A DNA stretch of 64,000 nucleotides from Macrostomum lignano (Eukaryota). Shown here in pieces: positions 46,913 through 58,283 of this stretch. The translations under genes and the position numbers were made by a program. The notes under the pieces are model-generated. The model was not told the DNA's origin, made no database searches, and saw only the letters and a program-made list of their open reading frames with translations. Location of the stretch: the NCBI GenBank assembly GCA_002269645.1, contig NIVC01000546.1:186001-250000 (forward strand), in the 5' to 3' direction. Each line of letters begins with the position of its first letter. The first letter of the stretch is position 1.

Positions 46913-46959
46913 GTATGCCACTGGTCTGTTGACTCCCTTTAACTAATCGGCCTCAGGCT

Positions 46960-47115
46960 CCCTCCCGCTGTCTGCCGCTCCCTTCCCCCTGTCTGCCGCT
47001 CCCTTCCCCCTGTCTGCCGCTCCCTTACCCCTGTCTGCCGCTCCCTTCCCCCTGTCTGCCGCTCCCTTCCCCCTGTCTGCCGCTCCCTTCCCCCTGTCTG
47101 CCGCTCCCTTCCCGC
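46960..47115. repeat. 21-bp minisatellite CCCCTGTCTGCCGCTCCCTTC
   Basis: IQSEC intron. Confidence 0.9.
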
Positions 47116-48244
47116 ACAGCGCAGCCATGGCTAGGTAGTTCATCCCATTTCAGCGCTGGTGCAGCCACGCTCGCCAGAAGTATTATCGTGCGCAGCTGGC
47201 GTGTACCGGGTGGGTGCAGGGAGGGGGTTGGTGTTGAGTTAGTTTTGCCAATAAAGCCCTAGCAGAGCCGTAAGCGCAACTGATGAAGCTCTGTTGCTAA
47301 GAGCCTATGAGCAGCTCTGCTGCCGCCTCCTGGACACGCAGATATTAATCATTCATTTTGGGCTGCTCGATGCGCGCAGGCTTAAGTACGTTTTGAAGTG
47401 GTTAGCGAAGTTTTATGGGAGGGGTAGGCGATCTTGGCTGCTGCCGCGGCTCGATGCTTGAGCAGTTTTTCAGGGAGAGGAATTGAGTGGGACTGGGGGG
47501 GGGGGCAGGACAGCAAAATAGTAATCTACTAGTAGAGAGAACATTTCTCCGTAAGCAAATGCTCTACTCCAGCCCTTGCGCTGGCTGCGTACTTTTTATC
47601 ATATATTTAAGGGAAAATTATCCTACTCAATTTCCAAGAATCATCAGAAAAAAGTTCTCAAACTTCCATATTGAATATGGTTGACCTTGTTAAAGAAATT
47701 TATATATGCTGTTCTGCTGCTTGGCCGAAGCGAAGCAGAAGTGCAAGCGGGCTTAAGTCTACCCCACCCCCATTCCCTCTCTCACTCTCGTCTCCTGCCC
47801 ATGTGGAGCCTCATCTGGCGCAGTGATTGCAGCCCAATGATTAGATTCTGTTTGAGCTGTCCTTTACACTCATCAACTCCCCTCTCTCTCTCTCTATCTC
47901 TCTCGGACTCTATATGATAGCCGAGAAATCGTTATTATCTTGCATAAAGCTGCCTTATATTACAATATATTATTTTATATTACTACTGCGTCAATCCCGA
48001 CCCGAGTATTCTCTCTCTCTTTCTCTTTCTCCCTGCATTAAAGAGAATCGAAGACAGACGCGCGCGCTTGCGTTTCTTTGCCTTTTTGCTTCATCACATC
48101 ATAAAACATCGTATAATATCATTGCACTGATGCTTCTGTTCGCTGATCCCTTCTGTTATGAGAAGTTTTATGCCGATTTTTTACCTGCTTGGCAATTAAC
48201 GCTGTTGCGCGTGGTCTTCGATATGCACACCTCAAAATCCTCTC

Positions 48245-48625
48245 CATCCCCGATGTACGCAGCCCTTATCAATCCACCCCATCCTTAATGTACACAGTCC
48301 TTATCAATCCACCCCATCCCCAATGTACACAGCCCTTATCAATCCACGCCATCCCCAATGTACACAGCCCTTATCAATCCACGCCATCCCCAATGTACAC
48401 AGCCCTTATCAATCCACCCATCTCCAATGTACGTAGCCCTTATCAATCCACGCCATCCCCAATGTACACAGCCCTTATCAATCCACCCATCTCCAATGTA
48501 CGTAGCCCTTATCAATCCACGCCATCCCCAATGTACAGTTGTACACAGCCCTTATCAATCCACCCCATCCCCATGTACGCTGCCCTTATCAATCCACCCC
48601 ATCTCCAATGTACACAGCCCAATGT
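48245..48625. repeat. About 35-bp minisatellite CCCAATGTACACAGCCCTTATCAATCCAC(G/C)CCATC
   Basis: Ends about 50 nt before the acceptor. Confidence 0.9.
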
Positions 48626-48675
48626 ACATATATAATACACGCGGGTAACACGGTGAGCCCCCATCCGCCACCCAG

Positions 48676-48984
48676 GGCGAGGCCCAGGTGGTCAGCCGCA
48701 TCCTGGAGAAATTCGCCAATCGCTTCATCACCTGCAACGCCAGTTGGATAGCAGAGAAATTCCAAGACAGCGACGTCATCCACCTGTTAGTATTCGCCGT
48801 GATGATGCTGAACACTGATCTGCACAATATGAACAATAAGAAGAAGATTTCTCTGCGCGAGTTTGTGCACAATTTGCGCGGCTGCGACTCCGGCTCTGAC
48901 CTGGCCGACACGCAGATGCTGGCGGATCTGTACGAGCGAATCCGGGCCGAGCCGCTCCGAGCGGGCAGCGACCACGTGACTCAG
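48676..48984 (+). CDS. IQSEC: IQSEC Sec7 catalytic exon
   Basis: GEAQ glutamate finger; [11 protein letters not shown]; EFVHNLRG; LYERI..PL..GSDHVTQ; donor CAG|GTGCGA. Confidence 0.94.
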
Positions 48985-49014
48985 GTGCGAATTTTTGCCA
49001 ACGCCTGGGGTCCG

Positions 49015-49465
49015 GGGTGAAGAGGGTGTGGGGAATTGGGATGATGGGGAAGAGGGTGTGGCAAACTGGGATGATGGGGAAGAGGGTGTGGGGAACTGGG
49101 ATGATGGGGAAGAGGGTGTGGCAAACTGGGATGATGGGGAAGAGGGTGTGGGAAACTGGGATGATGGGGAAGAGGGTGTGGGAAACTGGGATGATGGGGA
49201 AGAGGGTGTGGCAAACTGGGATGATGGGGAAGAGGGTGTGGGAAACTGGGATGATGGGGAAGAGGGTGTGGCAAACTGGGATGATGGGGAAGAGGGTGTG
49301 GCAAACTGGGATGATGGGGAAGAGGGTGTGGGAAACTGGGATGATGGGGAAGAGGGTGTGGCAAACTGGGATGATGGGGAAGAGGGTGTGGCAAACTGGG
49401 ATGATGGGGAAGAGGGTGTGGGAAACTGGGATGATGGGGAAGAGCGTGTTGGATACTGGAATGGC
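49015..49465. repeat. 30-bp G-rich minisatellite GGGATGATGGGGAAGAGGGTGTGG(G/C)AAACT
   Basis: IQSEC intron. Confidence 0.94.
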
Positions 49466-49549
49466 TGGGATTTCGTCATGGGTACTTATGTGAAGCTGGG
49501 CTGAAGATTTATACCAAGAGGCTCTAATCCGCTGATTCCCCACCCGCAG

Positions 49550-49789
49550 GTGCTGAAGATGGAGGCGCAGCTGTATGGCCGTCACCCGACGCTGGCGGAG
49601 CCGCACAGGCGGCTTGTCTGCTTCTGCAAGCTGTCGCTGGTGAAGGACTGGAAAGGCCAGACTAAGCCGCGCCAATCGGAACGGGCGGTGTTCCTGTTCA
49701 ACGATATGCTGATCGTCACCAAGTGTCTGGAGCGGAAGCGGCGGGTGTTCTATCAGTACAGGGGCTCGCTGGGGCTGCACAGGATGCAG
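49550..49789 (+). CDS. IQSEC: IQSEC PH-domain exon, GC donor
   Basis: PHRRLVCFCKL, ERAVFLFNDMLIVTK; CAG|GCAAGT. Confidence 0.9.
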
Positions 49790-49814
49790 GCAAGTTGTGC
49801 GGCTTGTTAGGGCT

Positions 49815-50260
49815 GCGGTTGTTTGGGATAATTGGGAATGTGGTGTATTTTGGATGATTGGGAATGTGGTGTATTTGGGATAATTGGGAATGTGGTGTAT
49901 TTGGGATGATTGGGAATGTGGTGTATTTGGGATAATTGGGAATGTGGTGTATTTGGGATGATTGGGAATGTGGTGTATTTTGGATAATTGGGAATGTGGT
50001 GTATTTGGGATAATTGGGAATGTGGTGTATTTGAGATGATGGGGATGTGGTGTATTTGGGATAATTGGGGATGTGGTGTATTTGGGATAATCGGGGCTAT
50101 GGTGTATTTGGGATAATTGGGGCTGCGGTTGTTTGGAATAATCGGGGCTGTGGTGTATTTGGGATTATTGGGGCTGTGGTGTATTTGGGATAATCGGGGC
50201 TGTAGTGTATTTGGGATAATCGGGGCTGTAGTGTATTTCGGATAATCGGGGCTATTTGGG
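49815..50260. repeat. About 26-bp minisatellite GGGAATGTGGTGTATTTGGGATAATT
   Basis: IQSEC intron. Confidence 0.92.
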
Positions 50261-50375
50261 GTTTGGGATTCGATATTTTTGATACTAGATAAAAAGCTCA
50301 TCCCTAATGCTCCCTAAGTTGGATAACTTCCAGCTCAGATTCGAACCCACGACCTCCCCCTTTGAACTCGTGCAG

Positions 50376-50759
50376 GTGTCGTTCAGCGTGCCGGACCGGC
50401 TGCAGCTGAGCTACCCGATCCACATCGTGGCGGATCCGGACGGCTGCGACCTGGACTCCGGCGGCGGCTGCCACCACGACATGGTATTCGCCGCCAGAAA
50501 TTTTCACGACAGGTCGCGATTCTGCGACGACCTGGTCGAGTCGATTCACGAAGTCGGCGACATGCGGCGATTCGAGCGGTCGCTGTTTGCCGAGCCGGCG
50601 GTGTCCCAGCATCTGCAGCAACAGCAGGTGCCGCTTCATCACTCCCAGGTGCAGCAGCAGCATCCGCCCACTTGTCATCATCCGCCTCAAACTCGAAGAA
50701 GCCGAGCTTCCAGTGGCGGCGGCGGCGGCAATTCCACGGCGACTACTAAAACTAATTGA
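50376..50759 (+). CDS. IQSEC: IQSEC terminal coding exon
   Basis: DRSRFCDDLVESIHEV matches DRKKFTDDLRESIAEV; five exons total 2262 nt, in frame. Confidence 0.85.
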   Translation: MSFSVPDRLQLSYPIHIVADPDGCDLDSGGGCHHDMVFAARNFHDRSRFCDDLVESIHEVGDMRRFERSLFAEPAVSQHLQQQQVPLHHSQVQQQHPPTCHHPPQTRRSRASSGGGGGNSTATTKTN

Positions 50760-51090
50760 TAGGTGTGCTTACGGGGGTCATTTGATTCACAGGTATGCTC
50801 ACTGGTGCCTCTTGATTGACATGTGTGCTCACACAGGTCAGTTGATTGACAGGTGTGCTCATTGGGGTCAGTCGATTGACAGGTGTGCTCATGCAGGTCA
50901 CTTGATTGACAGGTGTGCTCATTGGGGTCAGTTGATTGACCGGTGTGCTCATTGGGGTCAGTCGATTGACAGGTGTGCTCATTGGGGTCAGTCGATTGAC
51001 AGGTGTGCTCATTGGGGTCAGTCGATTGACAGGTGTGCTCACGCAGGTCACTTGATTGACAGGTGTGCTCATTGGGGTCAGTCGATTACA
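50760..51090. repeat. 30-bp minisatellite TGACAGGTGTGCTCATTGGGGTCAGTCGAT
   Basis: Begins at the IQSEC stop codon. Confidence 0.9.
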
Positions 51091-51644
51091 GCTATGATTA
51101 TGTAAGCCAGTTGCTTGATAGCTTAGATGTGGTTTTTTTAGGGTTTGACAGGCTTTGAGGTGTGAAACAATTGAAGTACGAACCTCAGTGAGTACTATAA
51201 TAGTCTAATACTGCCTATTAACTTGTTTAGTCAGACAATTTTGCTGTTTTTGTCGAGGCTTCGCAAACCCGGCTGTCCTACTAAATTAGTAGTGTGTAGC
51301 GAATATTGTCAGTCAGTGATTTTCACTCGGTTTCCTGTTTCAGTATTGGCCCCGCAAAATGCCTTGGCTATTAATATAGCAACTCAGTTTAGCGTTCGAG
51401 TCATTTTTACTTGGACCTGCTTTTCGTCATTTTTCATTCATTCTCTGAACTTGGCAATCCAGCGCGTTGTTAAGCGGTCGCTTTTTGATTCGGTGCGTGC
51501 TTGCAGAACTGTACAGACAGCCCGCTTTTCATTTATTTACTCCAGATTTTGTTTGAGCACTTTTTTCTCCTTAAACCTCTTGTCCTGCAGGCTAACAGAC
51601 TAACCTAAGTTCCTATTTTAGGGTACGCTACGATTGAAAACATT

Positions 51645-51950
51645 CGTTCCCCGACATACCCACCCCACCCCTCAATGTACATTCCATTCGTTCCTCGATA
51701 CACCCACCCCATCCCTCAATGTACATTCGTTCCCCGATCCACCCACCCCATCCCTCAATGTACATTCGTTCCCCGATCCACCCACCCCATCCCTCAATGT
51801 ACACTCGTTTCAGCCTCAATGTACATTCGTTCCCCGACACACCCACCCCATCCCTCAATGTACACTCGTTCCCCGATCCACCGACCCCATCTCTCAGTGT
51901 ACATGTAATGTACATTTGTCCCCCAACACACCTACTCCATCAATGTACAT
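51645..51950. repeat. 39-bp minisatellite CCCACCCCATCCCTCAATGTACATTCGTTCCCCGATCCA
   Basis: Direct. Confidence 0.88.
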
Positions 51951-52914
51951 TCAGTTCCATAAAACCGCATCACCCCCTCCCAATGCCGATCAATTCAGAT
52001 TATGTAGTATCAACATTTAACTTCTGTTGCGCACTTCACGCGATGCATCGAATGTTGATATTTGAGTTTTGCGTGTAAATTTTCGCTATTCCGCCTGTCA
52101 ACTTTTTTCTATTATTACTAAAAAAGGTCTGCATGCTCGTTGAGCACTACTGTTCAATGCGAGTAGTTTTTAAATCAGTAATATGCAAAGGTAAGTTTTT
52201 CTTCCCATTCGCACCTGCCCAGACGCCCTTTTGAGAGCTTATTTATAGATTAAGGTGGCGGTTTCTCTGCCACTGAGTAGCATGTATTGCTTATTGTTAA
52301 CGATTTTTGTAAAGCCGGAACTCTTTTTGTCTGTCTTCTTCTACTCACCGCCTAATAAATACCTGAAATGCTCGCAACCTGTCAATTGTTTTTTTGTTTA
52401 CTCAAAATTATCAATGTACTTACTAACCCCAGTGCGAACCTATCTCAGTGTCATGTCTAGTCTCGCTGCAAAACAGTATCCCTTTACTATTATTATTATT
52501 ATTATTATTAACATATTATATACTAATTTCTGCTCTGCTGATTATTATCTGAAATGTTTTATTTGTCAGGTCTGATTTTTTTTATTTTCACTATTTTTTT
52601 CTTCTCAACGTCAGTAGCTACTTGTAGTATTATAGTAAGCGTATTTTGATAATAAAATTAATTATTTATATCTGCATAAATTAAATTGCAATTATCCTCC
52701 TAGCTCAGTTTAATTACCCTTTTTGCACGCCTCGTCTGTCTCCTGCCTTTTTTCGTCCGCTGTGTTGCGTTATGATCTGAATCTTTGCTGTGCTTACCGC
52801 CTGCTTTCTTTCACACTGAGCTGCTGCTGGACTCACTGCATCATTTTTCGGGTGTCGCTCTTCTAATGGGTAGCTTTTTCTTCTGCTCAAAGTTGACAAT
52901 TCGTGGAAACTCCC

Positions 52915-53835
52915 TGTTCCTGACCGGAAACTTCCTATTCCTGATTGGAAACTTCCTATTCCTGATTGGAAACTTCCTATTCCCGATTGGAAACTTCCTA
53001 TCCCCGATTGGAAACTTCCTATTCCCGATTGGAAACTTCCTATTTCCGATTGGAAACTTCCTATTTCCGATTGGAAACTTCCTATTCCCGATTGGAAACT
53101 TCCTATTCCCGATTGGAAACTTCCTATCCCCGATTGGAAACTTCCTATTCCCGATTGGAAACTTCCTATTCCCGATTGGAAACTTCCTATTCCCGATTGG
53201 ATACTTCCTATTCCCGATTGGAAACTTCCTATTCCTGAATGGAAACTTCCTATTCCCGATTGGAAACTTCCTATTCCCGATTGGATACTTCCTATTCCCG
53301 ATTGGAAACTTCCTATTCCTGAATGGAAACTTCCTATTCCCAATTGGAAACTTCCTATTCCCAATTGGAAACTTCCTATTCCCAATTGGAAACTTCCTAT
53401 TTCCGATTGGAAACTTCCTATTTCCGATTGGATACTTCCTATTTCCGATTGGATACTTCCTATTCCCGATTGGAAACTTCCTATTCCTGAATGGAAACTT
53501 CCTATTCCCAATTGGAAACTTCCTATTCCCAATTGGAAACTTCCTATTCCCGATTGGATACTTCCTATTCCCGATTGGAAACTTCCTATTCCTGAATGGA
53601 AACTTCCTATTCCCAATTGGAAACTTCCTATTCCCAATTGGAAACTTCCTATTCCCAATTGGAAACTTCCTATTTCCGATTGGAAACTTCCTATTTCCGA
53701 TTGGAAACTTCCTATTTCCGATTGGAAACTTCCTATTCCTGAATGGAAACTTCCTATTCCCAATTGGAAACTTCCTATTTCCGATTGGAAACTTCCTATT
53801 TCCGATTGGAAACTTCCTATTCCTGAATGGAAACT
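52915..53835. repeat. 21-bp minisatellite GGAAACTTCCTATTCCCGATT
   Basis: About 43 copies; explains the 350-aa ORFs on both strands. Confidence 0.96.
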
Positions 53836-54177
53836 AATTATGGCTTTTTAATTTTTAACCAAAAAGACTCAGTTCGTTTAATCAATCAGTCAATCAATCA
53901 GTTTCTTATCAATCAGTTTATAGTCATAGTGTTATTTAGTTTCAATTTTTCAGCGCTTTGATAGCTGTTGCAGGCTTTTGCCTCGGTTTTGCTTGTGCAG
54001 TCACGCCGATATTCTGCCTGCCTGTCCGTCAGCCCTGTTTGTTGCCCCCGAGTTTATTTGCTAATTTTCATTTATTTTTTGTTTTAGTCCATTTTTGTGT
54101 TCAGTTTTGTACTTGCTGATATGCCTATTTGCTATATTGTATTGCCTGAGTCTACTCTTGAGTCCGGCCCAACAGAC

Positions 54178-54584
54178 CTGTACTGCACAGCATCTCTTGG
54201 CGTCGCATTATTTATTACTATTAAAAAAATAAAATAATATTCATTCTGAGATGGCTCACTTGAGAAACCAACTACAACTCAAAACAAACAAATTTAGAAC
54301 TTCTCCAGACTTCAATGCTGATTCGTTTCTTTCGCTTTGCAAAAGTAAAAAATCAATGACTGGTTCCGTATCTTGCGTGTTAATACATTTGTACACTATG
54401 TACTTTGTATTAGTTGGTTGCGCGCATACAGGCTTTACTTTTAATATAACATAAGTATACTTTATATTTGCGTTATTATCGGATACTGACCAGTTAGCCA
54501 GCCCTTCAAGTAGTACACGATGGTCAGTCGGAATACAAATGTGTAGTAGTGTCGGTGGTTGCAGAGAATAAAAAAAATCGGCAT
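54178..54584 (-). CDS. Candidate small unidentified gene (exons 54584-54491, 54371-54260, 54195-54178 or longer)
   Basis: ATG at 54584; donors GTCAGT and GTGAGC; phase-compatible, stop-free exons in AT-rich DNA; no recognisable homology. Confidence 0.3.
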
Positions 54585-54823
54585 GATTTCATTGTTTACG
54601 CGTCAAGAAAGCTATTTTAAGCAGACCGATATATAAATATAAATATATAGCTATAGGTACGAATTGTAAAAAAGGGTTTATGCCGTTTTTTCGAGGAAAA
54701 TTGATTAACTGGCTATTATTTAAAAGCTTATAGTTTATAAGTTAAAGCCAAACTTTGCCTGCATATTACTAATAGTACCTTACTTTCAAGGGGATCCTGT
54801 GGACTTTGTTTGTTAAATAAAAT

Positions 54824-55786
54824 CAAATTCAAATTTCCCGCCGCTGTAAGACATTGCTTAACAAGCTTTAATTAAGCCGTTCATCAGTTGAAATCCTGCT
54901 TTTGGAAACATTTTGCTGGTTTCGAGGTTGTTCTATAACGAGGTTGTTTTGGCGCGAATTTGAATTTGTATATAATTAACGTCTGAATCAAGGACTACTC
55001 AAGTAGAAGGACGGAAAACTACGTTTCTTAGAAAATGTTTATGAGGCTAGGCTGGTTTTCGCCGAAAAATGAACTACGGAACAGGAACATTCCACTTTTT
55101 CAGATTAAAATTGTTATTGTTTTCGATAGGAGAGGCAGACCCAAATGTTCATCTTTTGATATGTTGTGCCTTTCTTATAGCTATTGATATTGATATTCAT
55201 TGATATTCCTTTCGTTCAAAAAATCAGGATTCTATCTTATTTTCTTATTCTACGTACAATGGCATATGGATCCTGTGCCTAAAAACCATTAAAATGGCGC
55301 GGCGCGGCTCGGCTCATTGGTTTTATTAATCTATTTTGTCATTCTTAGCTGACTGCGTGTGACAATACTCTCGTATGTGTAGCAGAGATGTTAAAATCGA
55401 TTATTTTATCCAAAAATAATCTATTAAATCCGTGCATTTTCATGATTTTTAGGTACAGGAAATGTACGTTGAGTAAACAATTTACATAGAATTTTTATTT
55501 ACTAAAAAATCTTTATGAATACAATTGAGCTCTAAGAAAGGCTCTAAGAAAGCAATAACATTTTTTGCGCTGAAAAATGAAAACTTCCATCATCGCGTAG
55601 TGTATTTTCTTGCGAAAACCAGCCTCCCTAACATTTTCTACGAAACGTCTAAATTTTATTTAAATACTGTCTTTTTAAAGTCTGATAAAGTACATTCTGT
55701 GTGTTTTATGTGTTTAAAGGATATTAAAAAGTTTTTCAGCAGCGTTTTCAAGGTTGTTTAACCAATTGGCGCGAATTTGAATTTGA
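54824..55786. promoter_or_regulatory. Cluster of three E2F+CHR composite motifs plus an AAAATGGCG motif
   Basis: TTCAAATTTCCCGCC at 54828-54842; TTGGCGCGAATTTGAA at about 54949 and 55766; AAAATGGCG at 55291. Confidence 0.55.
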
Positions 55787-56172
55787 TTTCAATAAACGGC
55801 AGACTTTATAAACTTGGAAAGGATCGCCGAAGTCTCTTTCCTGGCGTGCACTCGGGACACGTGAGGGATAATCAGTGAGGCAAGGACGCAGTTAGTGCGC
55901 GGCACTGATTAGAAATTCTCACCTAATTATATATAATACTTTGCGATTTGCTCAAAATTTTAATGGAAAGCATTACGATTTGCTCATAGAAGCATATTCT
56001 ATATTGTAGTCTCAGCAAATGATTATCAGAATCCATATTTTTTTCAAACTAAAAAATCAATCAATTAGCAGTTCTTTTTTGAAATTAAAATACAATAATT
56101 TTCCGAATTGATGGACGAATCGAAGCGCGAGCTGAGCAGCGCACTGGACCAGTTCCAGGGTCACTCGGCTGG

Positions 56173-56264
56173 TCACTGAAGACTCGAGCTCGTCAGCAGC
56201 AGGAGCAAGCTGCTAGCAGCTGGCAGGAGCAAGCTGAAGCCCCGGCCGTCTGAGTGCTGGCGTA
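56173..56264 (-). CDS. FN3 gene terminal exon, GPI-signal-like hydrophobic tail (VRQHSDGRGFSLLLPAASSLLLLLTSSSLQ*)
   Basis: TTGTTGCAG| phase-1 acceptor in frame with upstream exons. Confidence 0.7.
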
Positions 56265-56653
56265 CTGCAACAAATATTTTAACAAGGAATAACTACTGCC
56301 TGGAAATTTGCGATTCATGTGAAGCTTTGTGTACTATTAATTAGTAATTTTACTTTGTATTTTTACTTTGTACTTTTACTACTTTTACTTTGTACTTTTA
56401 ATTTTATTTATACTATTTGTTTTTTACTCGTATTTTTGCTGTGTACGAAAATTTGTACTGCGTACGAAGACTTGTACTTCTACTTTGTACTCTTGTGTCC
56501 AAACTTTGATATTCGAACTTTAAAGAGTATATAATATCATATTTTCATATTTAAGAACTATGAAATATCATACTAAAAGTTGGCTAAAGTTTTACGATCA
56601 TATTTCCAGTTATTAGATATTAGCTTTGAGCCCTGAATTACGGACTGACTCAC

Positions 56654-56725
56654 CTGAACTTTTTGGGGACTTGTCGGACTGCTGCTCGGCGAATACCGGG
56701 TTCCTCGGGTCGTTGTACGATTCCA
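56654..56725 (-). CDS. FN3 gene penultimate exon (72 nt, phase 1-1)
   Basis: TATTACAG| acceptor, CAG|GTGAGT donor. Confidence 0.75.
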
Positions 56726-56989
56726 CTGTAATAATAAATAATGAAAGTGATTGAAGAAATTTGCACGTATGTCGAGTGGAGAATACTATAATTATAGGTA
56801 GACTCATTGGCTTGGTTTAACATTCTCTCTACTTTCCGATAAGTAGCTATGAAGAATATGCAAGCTATTTTATGAAAGAATGACTTGCAGCCGTAATGTA
56901 CATTAGCCAGCGCCACACTAAGAATGTACACAGTTGGAGCACCGAGGCAAACAATAAAAGCAATTAAGTAATATACGAGCGTAAATTGG

Positions 56990-57950
56990 CGGCGGAGCCA
57001 GGGTAAGAGAGCCAATAAACGAGAGGAAGGCAATAAAAATAATCGATCGGCGGAACCGGAGGTGGGTAAGAGAGCCAATAAACGAGAGGAAGGCAAAAAA
57101 AAAATCTATTGGATGGACCGGAGGTGGGTAAGAGAACCAATAAACGAGAGGAAGCACTAAAAATAATCGATTGGCGGTACCGGAGGTGGGTAAGAGAGCC
57201 AATAAACGAGAGGAAGGCAATAAAAAAATCTATCGGAGGGACCGGAGGTGGGTAAGAGAGCCAATAAACGAGAGGAAGGCAATAAAAAAATCTATCGGAG
57301 GGACCGGAGGTGGGTAAGAGAGCCAATAAACGAGAGGAAGGCAATAAAAATAATCGATCGGAGGGACCGGAGGTGGGTAAGAGAACCAATAAACGAGAGG
57401 AAGCACTAAAAATAATCGATTGGCGGTACCGGAGGTGGGTAAGAGAGCCAATAAACGAGAGGAAGGCAATAAAAAATCGATCGGCTGGACCGGAGGTGGG
57501 TAAGAGAGCCAATAAACGAGAGGAAGGCAATAAAAAAATCTATCGGAGGGACCGGAGGTGGGTAAGAGAGCCAATAAACGAGAGGAAGGCAATAAAAAAT
57601 CGATCGGCTGGACCGGAGGTGGGTAAGAGAGCCAATAAACGAGAGGAAGGCAATAAAAAATCGATCGGCTGGACCGGAGGTGGGTAAGAGAGCCAATAAA
57701 CGAGAGGAAGGCAATAAAAAAATCTATCGGAGGGACCGGAGGTAGGTAAGAGAACCAATAAACGAGAGGAAGAGGAAACGAAAAATAATCGATCGGCGGG
57801 ACCGGTGGGTAAAAGAGCTAATAAACAAGAGGAAGCACTAAAAATAATCGATTGGCGGTACCGGAGGGGGTAAGAGAGCCAATAAACGAGAGGAAGGCAA
57901 AAAAATAATCTATCCCAGTGGGACCGGAGGGGGCAAGAGAGCCAATAAAC
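56990..57950. repeat. About 60-bp purine-rich minisatellite (GGAGGTGGGTAAGAGAGCCAATAAACGAGAGGAAGGCAAT...)
   Basis: Intron of the FN3 gene. Confidence 0.93.
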
Positions 57951-58081
57951 GAGTCTCATCCTAAACTTCGAAATGTACGTCGCTCGTTTCTACTAATATT
58001 TCTACTGAAAGTAGTTTTACACACGCAAAGTGCTCATTTCAGATAATTCAGATAAGAAAAACCCAAATCCACCGAGCCTAC

Positions 58082-58283
58082 CGCTCTCCGGGGCTGTGTG
58101 GACCCGCACGTGCTTGGAGAAGCGGCTGCACCCGTGCCGGTTGCACGCCTGCAAGCTGATGTTGTGCGCGGTGTCAGGGCTCAGGTCGAACACAAGATTT
58201 TTGGCCTGGCGCAGGCCTTTGCCACGGTTGTCGGTCCGCTCGAAGTTCTGCAGCCGCTGCTCCGTCTGGTTGAGCACTTCGTT
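58082..58283 (-). CDS. Fibronectin type III domain exon of an extracellular protein; upstream exons unresolved
   Basis: VFDLSPDTAHNISLQACNRHGCSRFS..V.T fits the FN3 C-terminal half; C-rich acceptor, donor G|GTAGGC. Confidence 0.8.

Noticed and set aside
52915-53835. GGAAACTTCC in the 21-bp unit as an NF-kB site array
   Set aside because: Does not match the GGGRN consensus at position 3, and there is no independent support.
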